Source of the DNA: a virus
Lineage: Duplodnaviria > Caudoviricetes
Virus record (IMG/VR): IMGVR_UViG_3300033067_002375
Location: 1-39,051 of that record
Direction: 5' to 3' (one strand)
DNA: 39,051 bases
The position numbers and the translations under genes are program-made. This document shows positions 9,548-19,157 of the stretch, piece by piece; position 1 is the stretch's first letter; the number at the start of each line of letters is the position of its first letter. Below the pieces are notes generated by a model. It saw only the letters and a list, made by a program, of their open reading frames with translations. It did no database searches and was not told where the DNA came from.

Positions 9548-10553
9548 TTCCTATTAACTTTATACCTAATTGTACTTTTCTAACCCCGCCACCACTGCCA
9601 TCCACTGTTGTAGTAACAGCAGTGGTATAATAAGCGCCGTTTTTAAATTCATAATCTTCATCCTCAATATGGGCCGTGTAACCAGGTTCAATAAAAGGAA
9701 TAAGCCATGTTGTAATTGATCCCTCAAACCCTTCATACATGCGGCGCTTAAATTCTGCATCTGCAAGTATCTGCATGGCACTTTTGCTGAGGCCATACCC
9801 TTTAATGGTTATTTTATCGCCACCCGTTGTACCACTGGTAACAACTATCTTTTTTCCATCCTTACCGGTGTTTTCCACTTCCACTTCAAGTTTTTTATCT
9901 TCCTTGCTTTTATATTTCAGGTCGCTTTTTTCAATATTTTGCTGAAAGGAATAGTAAACCTCACCATGCTTTTCTATGTATGGGGGATGGATATTTAAAA
10001 CACCAACACCGGCAGCATTTTTTTTGATGTATATGTTACCCTTTGTTTCATCCTGCAACTTTTTTAGTACATCGTATGCAGTTGCTTTGCTGATAACAAA
10101 TTTGTCGTAGTTGATAGTCAAAGAGCAATTTATCAGTAAACCACATTTGGTTTCACTTACCAGGTATTCAGCAATTTGTTTTACGGTTGCATTTTTAAAT
10201 TGCTTATCTGCCACCGCCTTCCGCATCAAAAAAAGATCATCTTCACAATTAAAAATGATACTTCCATCATCAGTGCCTATGTTTAGCAAATACCCTTCAA
10301 ACTCAGGAACATCCTCTTTGCCAAACAAATCTTTATCATACCCCAAAAAAACTTTTACTTTATCGCCCCGCTTTACCTTACCCTCAATCTCATTTATCCG
10401 GTCGGCCTTTATGGCTTTGTTGTTTACTGTAGCAGGCAATTTTATTGTACAGGTATCAGCCAGCAGGTCAACCGATTTATGTATATCAACATTATCCAGC
10501 ATGCCCAACCTGTAATCACCAACCTCAATATGCCAGCTTATTTTAAAGTACAT
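9540..10553 (-). CDS. Baseplate hub protein (gpD / Mu gp44-like)
   Basis: 337 aa, 'DTCTIKLP...VFLGYD...EFEGY' pattern; synteny. Confidence 0.75.
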   Translation of the reverse strand: MYFKISWHIEVGDYRLGMLDNVDIHKSVDLLADTCTIKLPATVNNKAIKADRINEIEGKVKRGDKVKVFLGYDKDLFGKEDVPEFEGYLLNIGTDDGSIIFNCEDDLFLMRKAVADKQFKNATVKQIAEYLVSETKCGLLINCSLTINYDKFVISKATAYDVLKKLQDETKGNIYIKKNAAGVGVLNIHPPYIEKHGEVYYSFQQNIEKSDLKYKSKEDKKLEVEVENTGKDGKKIVVTSGTTGGDKITIKGYGLSKSAMQILADAEFKRRMYEGFEGSITTWLIPFIEPGYTAHIEDEDYEFKNGAYYTTAVTTTVDGSGGGVRKVQLGIKLIGNG

Positions 10554-11148
10554 TCGTGTTACGCTTTATTAACAGTTCCCAATCATCATCTGAGTAAGCT
10601 TTAAAACTGAAATTTTGATTTTCAGGCCCTTTGGTAAAGGGTAAGCTTCTATCTTCAATTACTATCCGTGTAATGCCCAATCTTTCCAGCGCCGGGCAGG
10701 CAACATCTAAAGGCTCAGTGGCTGTGCAATACTTTATCAGTTGTTTTAAATCTGCATCAGGAAAATTTTCGGTGCCCGGATTGGTTAAAGTACCCTGTAC
10801 ATTTATTACCCAATCATCCTCAGTCCAATATTCCTTTATGCTGCCCCTGCCTTTTTTTTTGGCAACATTTCGTTTTATCAAAATGCTTTTACCATCTATA
10901 CTTATCAGTGGTTCCACCGGAAACAACCACCAATCACTTTCACTTTTAAGTTTTACTTTTAAAGGCACCACCTGCGGTGTACCAAAAATTGTTTGCTCTA
11001 TTTTATCGCCAACGGTTGTTTCTAAACTATCAGCATCAATACTACCAGCCTTAGCAATGGTAGCAGGATTGCTTTTTATAAATGGTGGTAGCGGCGGCAA
11101 AACATGCGGCCTCAATATTTTATTTAATATGTAATCACTACCTGCCAT
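10543..11148 (-). CDS. Tail tube initiator-like protein (DUF6046-like)
   Basis: 'GSIKEYWTEDDWVINVQG...AYSDD'; directly after the tape measure gene. Confidence 0.6.
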   Translation of the reverse strand: MAGSDYILNKILRPHVLPPLPPFIKSNPATIAKAGSIDADSLETTVGDKIEQTIFGTPQVVPLKVKLKSESDWWLFPVEPLISIDGKSILIKRNVAKKKGRGSIKEYWTEDDWVINVQGTLTNPGTENFPDADLKQLIKYCTATEPLDVACPALERLGITRIVIEDRSLPFTKGPENQNFSFKAYSDDDWELLIKRNTNVL

Positions 11149-11159
11149 ATTCGCTTTAT

Positions 11160-12980
11160 TTATTCTGCTATAGCCTGGCTCATTGCTATGGCCCGGCTCA
11201 TTTCATCTACTATAATATCTCTTATCTTTTCAGCACCTTCCTTAATGTTATTTGAAACCACTTCAAGTCTTTCAATTTGCTTACCAATGTTAATATGGAT
11301 GGTGGTGTTTTTGGTACCACCTGTTGCCACCGTTTCGCTTTTGCTTTTACCGGAAGCATCCTTACCTGATGTTGATGAAAAATTAGTATTTACCGGTTGC
11401 CCGTTTAACGATGGCTTAGCAATGCCCAATTTTTCTTTTATATCATTTCCAAAATCTTTAATGCCTTTTCCATTGTCTTTTAATCCTATTTTATTCCACG
11501 AATCCGCAGCCATTATGGTATATTCTGCAAGCTTGCCTTTGCTTTCTGCAATTTGCTTGGCACGTTCATTGGCCTGTTCATCCAGTTTTTTCAACCCGGC
11601 ATTGGCACCATCTTCATCCCACAGGCTTTTAAATTTGTACCAGGCTTTTTGCATCAACTCTACGCCACTTAAAAAACCATCTTGCACATAAAGCCATATC
11701 AGGTAAAAACTTTCTTTAAATCCTTTCCAGCTATAACTTAAATAATTCACCAAGTTTTTCCATGCATCACCCCAACCATTGTAGCGATAAATGATGTAAG
11801 CTATAACAGCAGCAAAAGCAATAATGAGTGCTATGATGATGCCGATAGGATTTGCATACATGGCAGCATTTATAAGCCATTGAGCGCCCTCCCAAAGAAG
11901 TGTTACGGCGGTAATTGCCAATGTCATGCTACGCATAATTATCATAGCACCAACAATACCCATAATGCCAGCAGTAAGCAATAGCACAAACCAATTACCC
12001 TCTTTAATTTTATTGTACCATCCCTGAAAAAATCCAATAACATAACCAATAACATCAATCAGGTAAAAGAAAATATTACCAACAGATTCAATAATTGGTT
12101 TAAGCACTGATAAGATTTTAGGGGTAGCATCTACAAATCGCTGGATGTACTGTATTCCTTTTTCCATGAAAGGCTGCATTGCTTCACCTGTATCGGCCAT
12201 AAATTTTTTAAATCCATCTCTTAAAGTGCTTAGCAAACCGCCCATTGTTTTGCTTTGCTTTTCACTTGCACCATAATACAGGCCACCTTTTTGATTTGCC
12301 ATTTCCAGTGCTTTGGAAAGCTGGCCGTAACTAACCGTCATATCCTTAACCTGGTCAACACTTTTGCCGGTTGCTTTGGCAAGCAATGCGTAAATATTTA
12401 TACCGGCAAAACCAAATTGCTTAATATCCATAGCAGTGGCGCTGCCAATATTTTTTATCTGTTGCAGGTTTGCACCCATTCTTTCCAGTACAGCATCGTT
12501 ACCACCTACAGCGGCAACAGCGTTTGAAAGGTTAAGTACATCCTGCCGGGCAGCATCGGCGTTCATACCGGTACTTATAAGGCCCCGGTTTGCGCTAAGT
12601 AATGCGTCTAAACCAAAAGGGGTTGCTGCTGCATCCTTTTCAATTTGTGCATACACATTTTTTGCATTATCGCCTAAGAAAGTAGTGAGGCCAACAATAT
12701 CCTGTTCACGTTTTATATAACCATCCACACTGCCGCTAAAAAATTCGTTTATAACCCCGCCAAACTTTGCAATGCCCTGAGCATACAGGTTACCCAATGC
12801 TATATTAAAACGGGTAAGGCCGCCTGTGGCAGCTTTACTAAATGATCCATCCAGCTTGTTAACCTGATCTGTAAGTTTTTTAGTATTATTGAATGTATCA
12901 GACGAAACACCCGTAACCTTTTTTAAAGGATCAGATATTTTATCTTTCAACGTTAATATGTATTCTAAAAACTTACTCAT
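11160..12980 (-). CDS. Tail tape measure protein
   Basis: 606 aa, helical and Ala/Gly-rich, 'AAATPFGL' tape-measure motif, hydrophobic segment 'NAAMYANPIGIIIALI'. Confidence 0.9.
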   Translation of the reverse strand: MSKFLEYILTLKDKISDPLKKVTGVSSDTFNNTKKLTDQVNKLDGSFSKAATGGLTRFNIALGNLYAQGIAKFGGVINEFFSGSVDGYIKREQDIVGLTTFLGDNAKNVYAQIEKDAAATPFGLDALLSANRGLISTGMNADAARQDVLNLSNAVAAVGGNDAVLERMGANLQQIKNIGSATAMDIKQFGFAGINIYALLAKATGKSVDQVKDMTVSYGQLSKALEMANQKGGLYYGASEKQSKTMGGLLSTLRDGFKKFMADTGEAMQPFMEKGIQYIQRFVDATPKILSVLKPIIESVGNIFFYLIDVIGYVIGFFQGWYNKIKEGNWFVLLLTAGIMGIVGAMIIMRSMTLAITAVTLLWEGAQWLINAAMYANPIGIIIALIIAFAAVIAYIIYRYNGWGDAWKNLVNYLSYSWKGFKESFYLIWLYVQDGFLSGVELMQKAWYKFKSLWDEDGANAGLKKLDEQANERAKQIAESKGKLAEYTIMAADSWNKIGLKDNGKGIKDFGNDIKEKLGIAKPSLNGQPVNTNFSSTSGKDASGKSKSETVATGGTKNTTIHINIGKQIERLEVVSNNIKEGAEKIRDIIVDEMSRAIAMSQAIAE

Positions 12981-13240
12981 TTTTTGTTACTGGCATCGGC
13001 CTGTGTTTTTAATATCCATGCCAAATCGGTGTATAAAAGGGCAATTTCCTGTATGGGCAAATCGTATGGTTCCCTGTTAAAATAAAAACGGATTAATGAA
13101 AATATTTTACGCCTTTCATCAATCCGTTGCTTATGATTTTTACACCAATTTTCGTAGCTTATTTTTTTTCCGGGTTGTTTGGCGTTTTGCGTTGTCTCGT
13201 CCGGGAAACAAATACCATAGTCGGCATCCGCTAAAGCTTT
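12977..13240 (-). CDS. gpT-like extension of the tail assembly chaperone, reached by -1 frameshift (not in the ORF track)
   Basis: 87-codon frame with no ATG, from AAA at 13240 to a TGA overlapping the tape measure ATG (KALADADYGICFP...LYTDLAWILKTQADASNKK). Confidence 0.8.
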   Translation of the reverse strand, partial: KALADADYGICFPDETTQNAKQPGKKISYENWCKNHKQRIDERRKIFSLIRFYFNREPYDLPIQEIALLYTDLAWILKTQADASNKK

Positions 13241-13542
13241 TCAAATTCAACCTCAGCTTCCTCAATCATTTCGTTCATGTACTTACCAACGGTTCTTAAG
13301 GCTTCCTCACTGGCAATGGTATCACCACCAATTTGGCAGGTTTTAAAAAGAGAGATGCCGTATTGTGTTAATGCGCCCCTGGTAAGGTTTGCACTGGCAA
13401 AATCAATTTCTTTGTTGGTTGGTTTGCGTACATAAGCAATTTTAGTTTCGCCGCCTTCTTTAACGGTTACTTTACCAACTGAGCCGTATTGCTCTTTCCA
13501 TTGCTTTATTACGGTTTCGTTAATTTCGGTGTTTGGTTTCAT
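13231..13542 (-). CDS. Tail assembly chaperone (gpG-like)
   Basis: 103 aa between tube and tape measure; 'IKQWKEQYG...AYVRKP'. Confidence 0.8.
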   Translation of the reverse strand: MKPNTEINETVIKQWKEQYGSVGKVTVKEGGETKIAYVRKPTNKEIDFASANLTRGALTQYGISLFKTCQIGGDTIASEEALRTVGKYMNEMIEEAEVEFEKL

Positions 13543-13573
13543 TTTATTATAGTGTATTTTTTAATAACAAATT

Positions 13574-13993
13574 TTATTGCACCTGATTTTTTAAATCGGT
13601 GAACATAAATGGCAGAGATATGTCGCAAAACTTATCGCCCTGTTTCCATTCTTTACCGGCTTCTGTAAATACAATACCAATGGCCTGATCAGTTAGCAAT
13701 GCATCTCCTGCAGATGGGTTACCGTAAGCAATGGTAAGCGTAAGGCCACGTAGGTTTAGCACCGATCCGTTGCCGGCAGTAACCAGCGCTTCGTATTCAC
13801 TTTGCGTTAAGCCCAACTCACCATCGTAACCAATGTTACCGGTTTGAATGCTGTGCGGTTTACGCCCCTTGGCATACAAGCCCTCTGCTTCTTGTTTTTC
13901 CTTATATTTTACAGCCCTGATGCCGGTAATATCCCGGTTGTTTAACACGCCTGAAATATCGGCCCATTCGTATTCTCTGCTATTAAAAGGCAT
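13574..13993 (-). CDS. Tail tube protein
   Basis: 139 aa after the sheath gene; 'FNSREYEWADI...QGDK'. Confidence 0.8.
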   Translation of the reverse strand: MPFNSREYEWADISGVLNNRDITGIRAVKYKEKQEAEGLYAKGRKPHSIQTGNIGYDGELGLTQSEYEALVTAGNGSVLNLRGLTLTIAYGNPSAGDALLTDQAIGIVFTEAGKEWKQGDKFCDISLPFMFTDLKNQVQ

Positions 13994-14033
13994 TTTCTAC
14001 AAAGTTAACAGTGTTTTTAACAAGGTTTAAATA

Positions 14034-15224
14034 TTAGCTTAGTACTGTAAAGCCCAAATACACATCAATATATCGTGGATAGCCAAACGGCCTTACCCTG
14101 ATTTGTATTTTCAATTGCGATGTTTGTACCAGGTTTTGGTTTACATCAATAAAGCACTTAACACCATTATCGCCTTTGGTTACATCGCCACTCAGCTCAC
14201 CATTGGCGGTCATTTGTATAGATATATCCCTTTCCACATCGCTTTGCCATGCTTTTACAACACCGGCAGGCAGGGTACCATCTTCATTTATTTGTACCTC
14301 ATCCAATACCTTTTGCAACATGGTAGTGTACGCAATGCGGTAAGCTTTATCAATGGTACGGCGGGCTGTTAAATGGCAATAATCATCTGTTGGCAATGCA
14401 GCCATAAAATCATCATTAAAATAATAGCCGCTTTGGTTTATGAATGTGCGGAAAGTAATGTACCCTTTATCATGTATGCCGCTAATGTCAGCCAGCTCCA
14501 CAGGGGTGGTATTAATAAAAGCACTGATGGGGTAAAGTGGGCCATCTTTTACACGGCCTATGTTACGTTGCACAGGGCATACAGCCAAACGGCCTGCTAA
14601 AATACCAATAGCGGCATTTTTACTGGCACTCACTGTATCACCAATCATTACACACACACGGTTGTAACTTTCGGTGGTAAGGTCTTTTAAATCAGCTGCA
14701 ACACCGCTATAGGCATAACCCTCAATTGCAATAAACATGGGTGCATATTTGCTTACTGTATAATTTTCAGCAAATTCCTGTCCTTTTTGGCGGGCCAATG
14801 CTACATCTGCATCCATTCCGTTTGTAATTACAGGTGTATAACCACCAGCCGGGGTACGACTGATAAAAATGCCCCTCAACTTTCCATTCGCCAGGTCGGC
14901 AATTTTTTTGGCTCCGGTAGCATTGGTAATATCTACCATATCGCTCAGCTTAACGGTATCGGCAACACCCATGATATACAAATCAACACCATCTCCGGCC
15001 TGAGCGTAAAATTCGCTGATGATTTTGTAAAAGCTGGCATTGTTTGCACTGGTAACACCTAATAAAGCAAGCCCTGCCATACCCGAAATTTTGTAACCAG
15101 TATTTAAAGCAAATGTGCTTGCTACAGTTGCAGCAGTTGCACAAATGCCATACAGGCGATCATCGGATGGAGCAACCAATCCAAGGTTGCCGTTTTCAAA
15201 ATATATTTTTATACGTGGTAACAT
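14034..15224 (-). CDS. Tail sheath protein (DUF2586-like)
   Basis: About 396 aa; 'QRNIGRVKDG', 'HDKGYITFR', C-terminal 'IRVRPFGYPRYIDVYLGF'; ATG at 15224. Confidence 0.8.
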   Translation of the reverse strand: MLPRIKIYFENGNLGLVAPSDDRLYGICATAATVASTFALNTGYKISGMAGLALLGVTSANNASFYKIISEFYAQAGDGVDLYIMGVADTVKLSDMVDITNATGAKKIADLANGKLRGIFISRTPAGGYTPVITNGMDADVALARQKGQEFAENYTVSKYAPMFIAIEGYAYSGVAADLKDLTTESYNRVCVMIGDTVSASKNAAIGILAGRLAVCPVQRNIGRVKDGPLYPISAFINTTPVELADISGIHDKGYITFRTFINQSGYYFNDDFMAALPTDDYCHLTARRTIDKAYRIAYTTMLQKVLDEVQINEDGTLPAGVVKAWQSDVERDISIQMTANGELSGDVTKGDNGVKCFIDVNQNLVQTSQLKIQIRVRPFGYPRYIDVYLGFTVLS

Positions 15225-15285
15225 CAAAATTTTATTTACAGGTTAAAACACCTTTTTTTAAACTCAATAACAGGTAAGCCGGTTA

Positions 15286-15519
15286 TTACTTAGCTCCCTT
15301 TTCGGCTGCTGCTTTTTCGGCTGCTGCTTTTTTATCAGTATCTGCTTTATTATCAGCATCTTTATTTTTTGATGCTGCATGTGGTATTACTTCTTTATCT
15401 TCTAAAGAACCTGCATGCATATTTGCATCGTATTTAGTATGGAAAATAGTGCCGTCTGATGTTTCAAAACATTCAGTATTGGCAGGGTATAATTTGAAAT
15501 ACTCTTTTACTTTGCTCAT
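15286..15519 (-). CDS. Small hypothetical virion-region protein
   Basis: 77 aa with low-complexity AAAEK tail. Confidence 0.6.
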   Translation of the reverse strand: MSKVKEYFKLYPANTECFETSDGTIFHTKYDANMHAGSLEDKEVIPHAASKNKDADNKADTDKKAAAEKAAAEKGAK

Positions 15520-15531
15520 TGTATTTTTATT

Positions 15532-16005
15532 TTAGTTTAATTGAATAAATCCTTTGAATGAACTGATTGGCCTTTTGCGCCTTGCTACTTCGTAACCCTC
15601 CCGGCTTCCATCATCATTTGTATTACCTTCAACGGTGTAAACTGTCTTACCTTCAATTTTTTCAACAAAGCCTGTATGCCCTGTGCCATGCCCAAACTCC
15701 ATTATAAAAATATCGCCTGGTTTTACTACCTTACTATTGTTTGTAAGCTTTGGAAGTTTAGTTGCATTCCATTGCAGCATTACGCCGCCTGTTTTAATCA
15801 ATGGGTTTTTTATTTCTAATGCAGTAGCAGCTTTGCCAACACACCAGTAAACAAAAGCCATACACCACGGAAAGCCTTTACCAAGCCCAACACTTTTTAA
15901 GTACTGATTAACCTCCGGGCCGCTGTTGCTTCCTTTTGGTTTTTCGGCAATACCATCCTGTGTAATAGCAATGCCAAGTGCTTTTTGTGCTAAACTTTCG
16001 CTCAT
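15532..16005 (-). CDS. Endolysin, CHAP-domain amidase/peptidase
   Basis: Catalytic Cys in PWCMAFV, His in GHTGFV, plus EGNT motif. Confidence 0.9.
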   Translation of the reverse strand: MSESLAQKALGIAITQDGIAEKPKGSNSGPEVNQYLKSVGLGKGFPWCMAFVYWCVGKAATALEIKNPLIKTGGVMLQWNATKLPKLTNNSKVVKPGDIFIMEFGHGTGHTGFVEKIEGKTVYTVEGNTNDDGSREGYEVARRKRPISSFKGFIQLN

Positions 16006-16481
16006 ATACTGATTGGTATTTTGTACATTTTAAAAACCACTCTTAAGCCTATATAAACAATATTTAAACCCAATAGCCACCAAACCCATTTTGGTATAAA
16101 GCGCTTTGGTGGCGGGGTAATGGTTACAATTTTTTCCTTTACAGTTAGCTGCCTGCTGTTAGCTTCCAGCCATTGTATTCTTTTTTGCAGGCTATCTGTT
16201 TTACAATCAACGGTAAGGTTTCCTTTACTGATGTTTACAACCGCTTTTAAATTGCCTGTTTTGCTGGTTGCTTCTTTATGAAAAATAACATCAGGGCAGG
16301 GAATAGCTTCGTAAATTTCAACCGTATCACCTGGTATGGTTACAACAGTTTCTTTTGGCACATAAACTGTATCTGTTGTAACTGTTTCTTTTATCACAGT
16401 ATCAACAGATGATGGGTAATGCCGTTTGCTGCAAGAGGCCAGCAATACCAGCAAAGAAAATATGGCGATTAGTTTTTTCAT
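16002..16481 (-). CDS. Lipoprotein, probable unimolecular spanin
   Basis: Lipobox LLASC at the N-terminus, beta-rich middle and C-terminal TM helix; lies between holin and endolysin. Confidence 0.65.
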   Translation of the reverse strand: MKKLIAIFSLLVLLASCSKRHYPSSVDTVIKETVTTDTVYVPKETVVTIPGDTVEIYEAIPCPDVIFHKEATSKTGNLKAVVNISKGNLTVDCKTDSLQKRIQWLEANSRQLTVKEKIVTITPPPKRFIPKWVWWLLGLNIVYIGLRVVFKMYKIPISI

Positions 16482-16948
16482 GATTTTACTACCTCTTTCT
16501 TTTTTTGTAAAACCGGATTATTCTCTAATCCAAATTTTAGTATTATAAGCAATGGTTTTATTAAAAATTTTGATATTGTACTGGTTTTGTCAATCTCCCA
16601 AAGGTTTTCTAAAATAGAGGTTATCTCTATGTACAGCACAAAAAGACAAACAAATACACTAATGTATTGCAAGTCTGCACTGCTGTTTGTTACCGTTGTT
16701 TTAACCAGGTATTGAATACCCAACGATAACCCAATGGCGGTAAAATATTGTGTTACTTTTTTTACCGTTCTCCTGTAACCTTCACTGGTTCTTTCCTGCC
16801 CTTTAAACTTTGCTTTTATTACACCGGTAATAAAATCAATGATCATTCCAATAAAAACAGCAGCAAGTAAAAAAGGCACATTTGGTTTTATATCAAAAGT
16901 GAACCCGAAAAAAGTAAATAGTAAACTTATTATTGCTGCACTTTTCAT
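16478..16948 (-). CDS. Holin (phage holin family 4-like)
   Basis: Several TM segments; 'IDFITGVIKA' and 'EITSILENL' motifs. Confidence 0.85.
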   Translation of the reverse strand: MKSAAIISLLFTFFGFTFDIKPNVPFLLAAVFIGMIIDFITGVIKAKFKGQERTSEGYRRTVKKVTQYFTAIGLSLGIQYLVKTTVTNSSADLQYISVFVCLFVLYIEITSILENLWEIDKTSTISKFLIKPLLIILKFGLENNPVLQKKKEVVKS

Positions 16949-16959
16949 TGAAGTATTTT

Positions 16960-16987
16960 AAAAAGGGAGCTGTATTCTACAGCTCCC
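16960..16987 (-). terminator. Intrinsic terminator after the capsid gene
   Basis: 10-bp stem GGGAGCTGTA/TACAGCTCCC followed by TTTTT on the minus strand. Confidence 0.75.
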
Positions 16988-17044
16988 CCTGATGATTGCT
17001 GCTGCGGTCAAAGCCGCCTATTTTAATTGTTGTTTTATCGGCTA

Positions 17045-17965
17045 TTAAGGCGTATTGATATTGTAGATTGCGCCAATCATTTTATTTTGGAAAGGCATTA
17101 CAATATAATAGTGGCGATAATTCAATTCATTACTTTGGTTGCGTGGGTTTTGGGCCGATGCTAAGAAGTATTGCTTTGTATTACCTGTTTTCTTACCTAC
17201 ATTACCTTCGTGGAAACAAACAGATGCTTGGTATTCGCCTGCACCTGCCGCAGCTCCAAAAGCTTTTTTGGCACCCGCTGTTGTGTAAATAGGGTTATTG
17301 ATATAGTTGTACAATTTAAACCCTGCTATCATAGGTGCAGGTTTGCCCTCATTATAATCAACCAATTGGTTGCCAAAGTTTGCCCTATCCAATAACAGAT
17401 CGTTCCAGTGATCCATACATAATACCAATCTACGTCCTTCCACATCTACACCTGCTGTATCCAGTTTTCCTTTAAGTGCTACCAAATCGGCATACACCAA
17501 TGGTTTACGTACACCGCTGGCACTGGTACCGGTTGTTGCAATTACAGGCGTATTAGCTGCATTACTTGCCGGGGCCATTGCATGTATAGCCATTGCAAAT
17601 TTCTTTTTGGTAATAGCCTTTGTATGGCTGCCGGTGGCATTATCAATTTTGTTGTACGATGCACCCATTACCTGGTCATCACTTAATGTGGTAACCTCTG
17701 TTTGAAATTTATTTAAAGTAAGTGTTGCATTGGTATCGCTGTACTCTACAGCCGTAATTGGGTAAGTACTGTTGTTTACTAACACGGTAGGCTCAAAAGT
17801 ACTGATGGGTACATGAATTATATTCAACTCGGTTTCGGTACCGGCACCCAATTCAATTACATTGCCATCTACTTCGGCAATACCATCCAACCAGGGGGCT
17901 TTATCAGCCTGTTCCATTTGTTGAATCACTCTTTTAAGCCATATTTCAGGAAAATTTCCAGCCAT
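17045..17965 (-). CDS. Major capsid protein
   Basis: 306 aa, directly after the prohead protease; HK97-like pattern 'LKGKLDTAGVDVEGRRLVL...IAGFKLY'; strong terminator downstream. Confidence 0.8.
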   Translation of the reverse strand: MAGNFPEIWLKRVIQQMEQADKAPWLDGIAEVDGNVIELGAGTETELNIIHVPISTFEPTVLVNNSTYPITAVEYSDTNATLTLNKFQTEVTTLSDDQVMGASYNKIDNATGSHTKAITKKKFAMAIHAMAPASNAANTPVIATTGTSASGVRKPLVYADLVALKGKLDTAGVDVEGRRLVLCMDHWNDLLLDRANFGNQLVDYNEGKPAPMIAGFKLYNYINNPIYTTAGAKKAFGAAAGAGEYQASVCFHEGNVGKKTGNTKQYFLASAQNPRNQSNELNYRHYYIVMPFQNKMIGAIYNINTP

Positions 17966-18027
17966 GATATTTAAGTTTTAAATTTTGAATATTTATTTTA
18001 AAAATGGTTTTAAACAGGGTTGAATAA

Positions 18028-19026
18028 TTACATTTCAGCAACCAGCTTATCGTAAGCCGCTTTGTTGTTTGTTTTAAATGATAACTGAGCAGCCGTATCA
18101 AGTTTTTGGAAATCATCCATTGTTTTAATATCGCCTGGTTTACCTGCTTCGGTATTATTTACACCGGCAGCCAAATTTGTTTTGGCAGGAATTTTTGCGG
18201 CAATCTCTTTAGCAAATGCCAAATCGGATTTAGCCATTTTTGTTACCGTTTCCCTTTCGGTTTCATCGTACTTTGCAGGGATCACTTCTTTAAGGAAAGC
18301 ATCCACCTCGGCACTAAGCTTTGCGGCCTCCGCATCAGTGTACTTTTTAAGCGCCAATTCAGTTGCACTCAATTTGGTTTCTGCGTTGTCCAATTTACTT
18401 TTTAGACCGTTGATTGCATCATCTACAAGAGTGCTGTCAATACCATCAGCAGTATTATAATTTTTTTCCAAACCGAGTGCAACCAAAGCGGCAACACCTA
18501 AAAAAACTTTTTTCATATTGTTTTGATTTTTATGTTCAAATGTTGTTTCTGTTGTTAAGGCGCTTAGGCAAAGCTTTACATCTTCCTCATTTAGCAGTTC
18601 CAGCTTACCATCTTTATCTACGTAAAGCCTGATTGCATTTGAGTTTGACGGAACCGGAACAATGGAAACTTCCAGTAATTCACTTTTTGAAAGAAGCCAT
18701 TTGCCATTTGGTTCTAAAACCATGTAAGCAGGATTAAATACCAGGCCCATTGAACAAGCTTTTATAAAACCCCTTTCAACCTTGCCTGCAATTTTATTTG
18801 CATTTTCATCCTCTGTATCAAAAACAGGTAACCCACTAAGCATAACACCATCAATTTTAAAATCCTCCCATTTACCAATAACACTTTCATTGCTGTTCCA
18901 ATGTCCATTTAGCATTACGGGGTTATTTTCAAATCTGGTTAAATCAATGCCCTCATTGCTGGTTCTAAAACCGTAACTGTTGTAAACCGTTTCATCATTA
19001 AAAACAAAGGCTTTTGATTTGCTCAT
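18028..19026 (-). CDS. Prohead protease with C-terminal scaffold region
   Basis: 'NPVMLNGH', 'CSMG', 'LLEVSIVPVPSN' motifs and a coiled-coil C-terminal half. ATG 19026 preferred because 19050 lies inside the promoter box. Confidence 0.85.
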   Translation of the reverse strand: MSKSKAFVFNDETVYNSYGFRTSNEGIDLTRFENNPVMLNGHWNSNESVIGKWEDFKIDGVMLSGLPVFDTEDENANKIAGKVERGFIKACSMGLVFNPAYMVLEPNGKWLLSKSELLEVSIVPVPSNSNAIRLYVDKDGKLELLNEEDVKLCLSALTTETTFEHKNQNNMKKVFLGVAALVALGLEKNYNTADGIDSTLVDDAINGLKSKLDNAETKLSATELALKKYTDAEAAKLSAEVDAFLKEVIPAKYDETERETVTKMAKSDLAFAKEIAAKIPAKTNLAAGVNNTEAGKPGDIKTMDDFQKLDTAAQLSFKTNNKAAYDKLVAEM

Positions 19027-19049
19027 TTTTTTATTCTGCTTTCGTAACA

Positions 19050-19151
19050 CAAAAATGAAGTGCTTAAACAGCCATTACAAATAGTTGTGCAACCCTTGCA
19101 GCGAAATTTTTAAAGAGGGTGAAGTAAGTAGAGTTTTGTATTACAAAACTC
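19050..19151. promoter_or_regulatory. Symmetric divergent late promoter with central palindrome
   Basis: TGCAA-CCC-TTGCA at 19088-19100. -7-like boxes CATTTTTG (minus, 19057-19050) and GAGTTTTG (plus, 19131-19138) each begin 37 bp from the centre. Confidence 0.65.
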
Positions 19152-19157
19152 ATTCTA

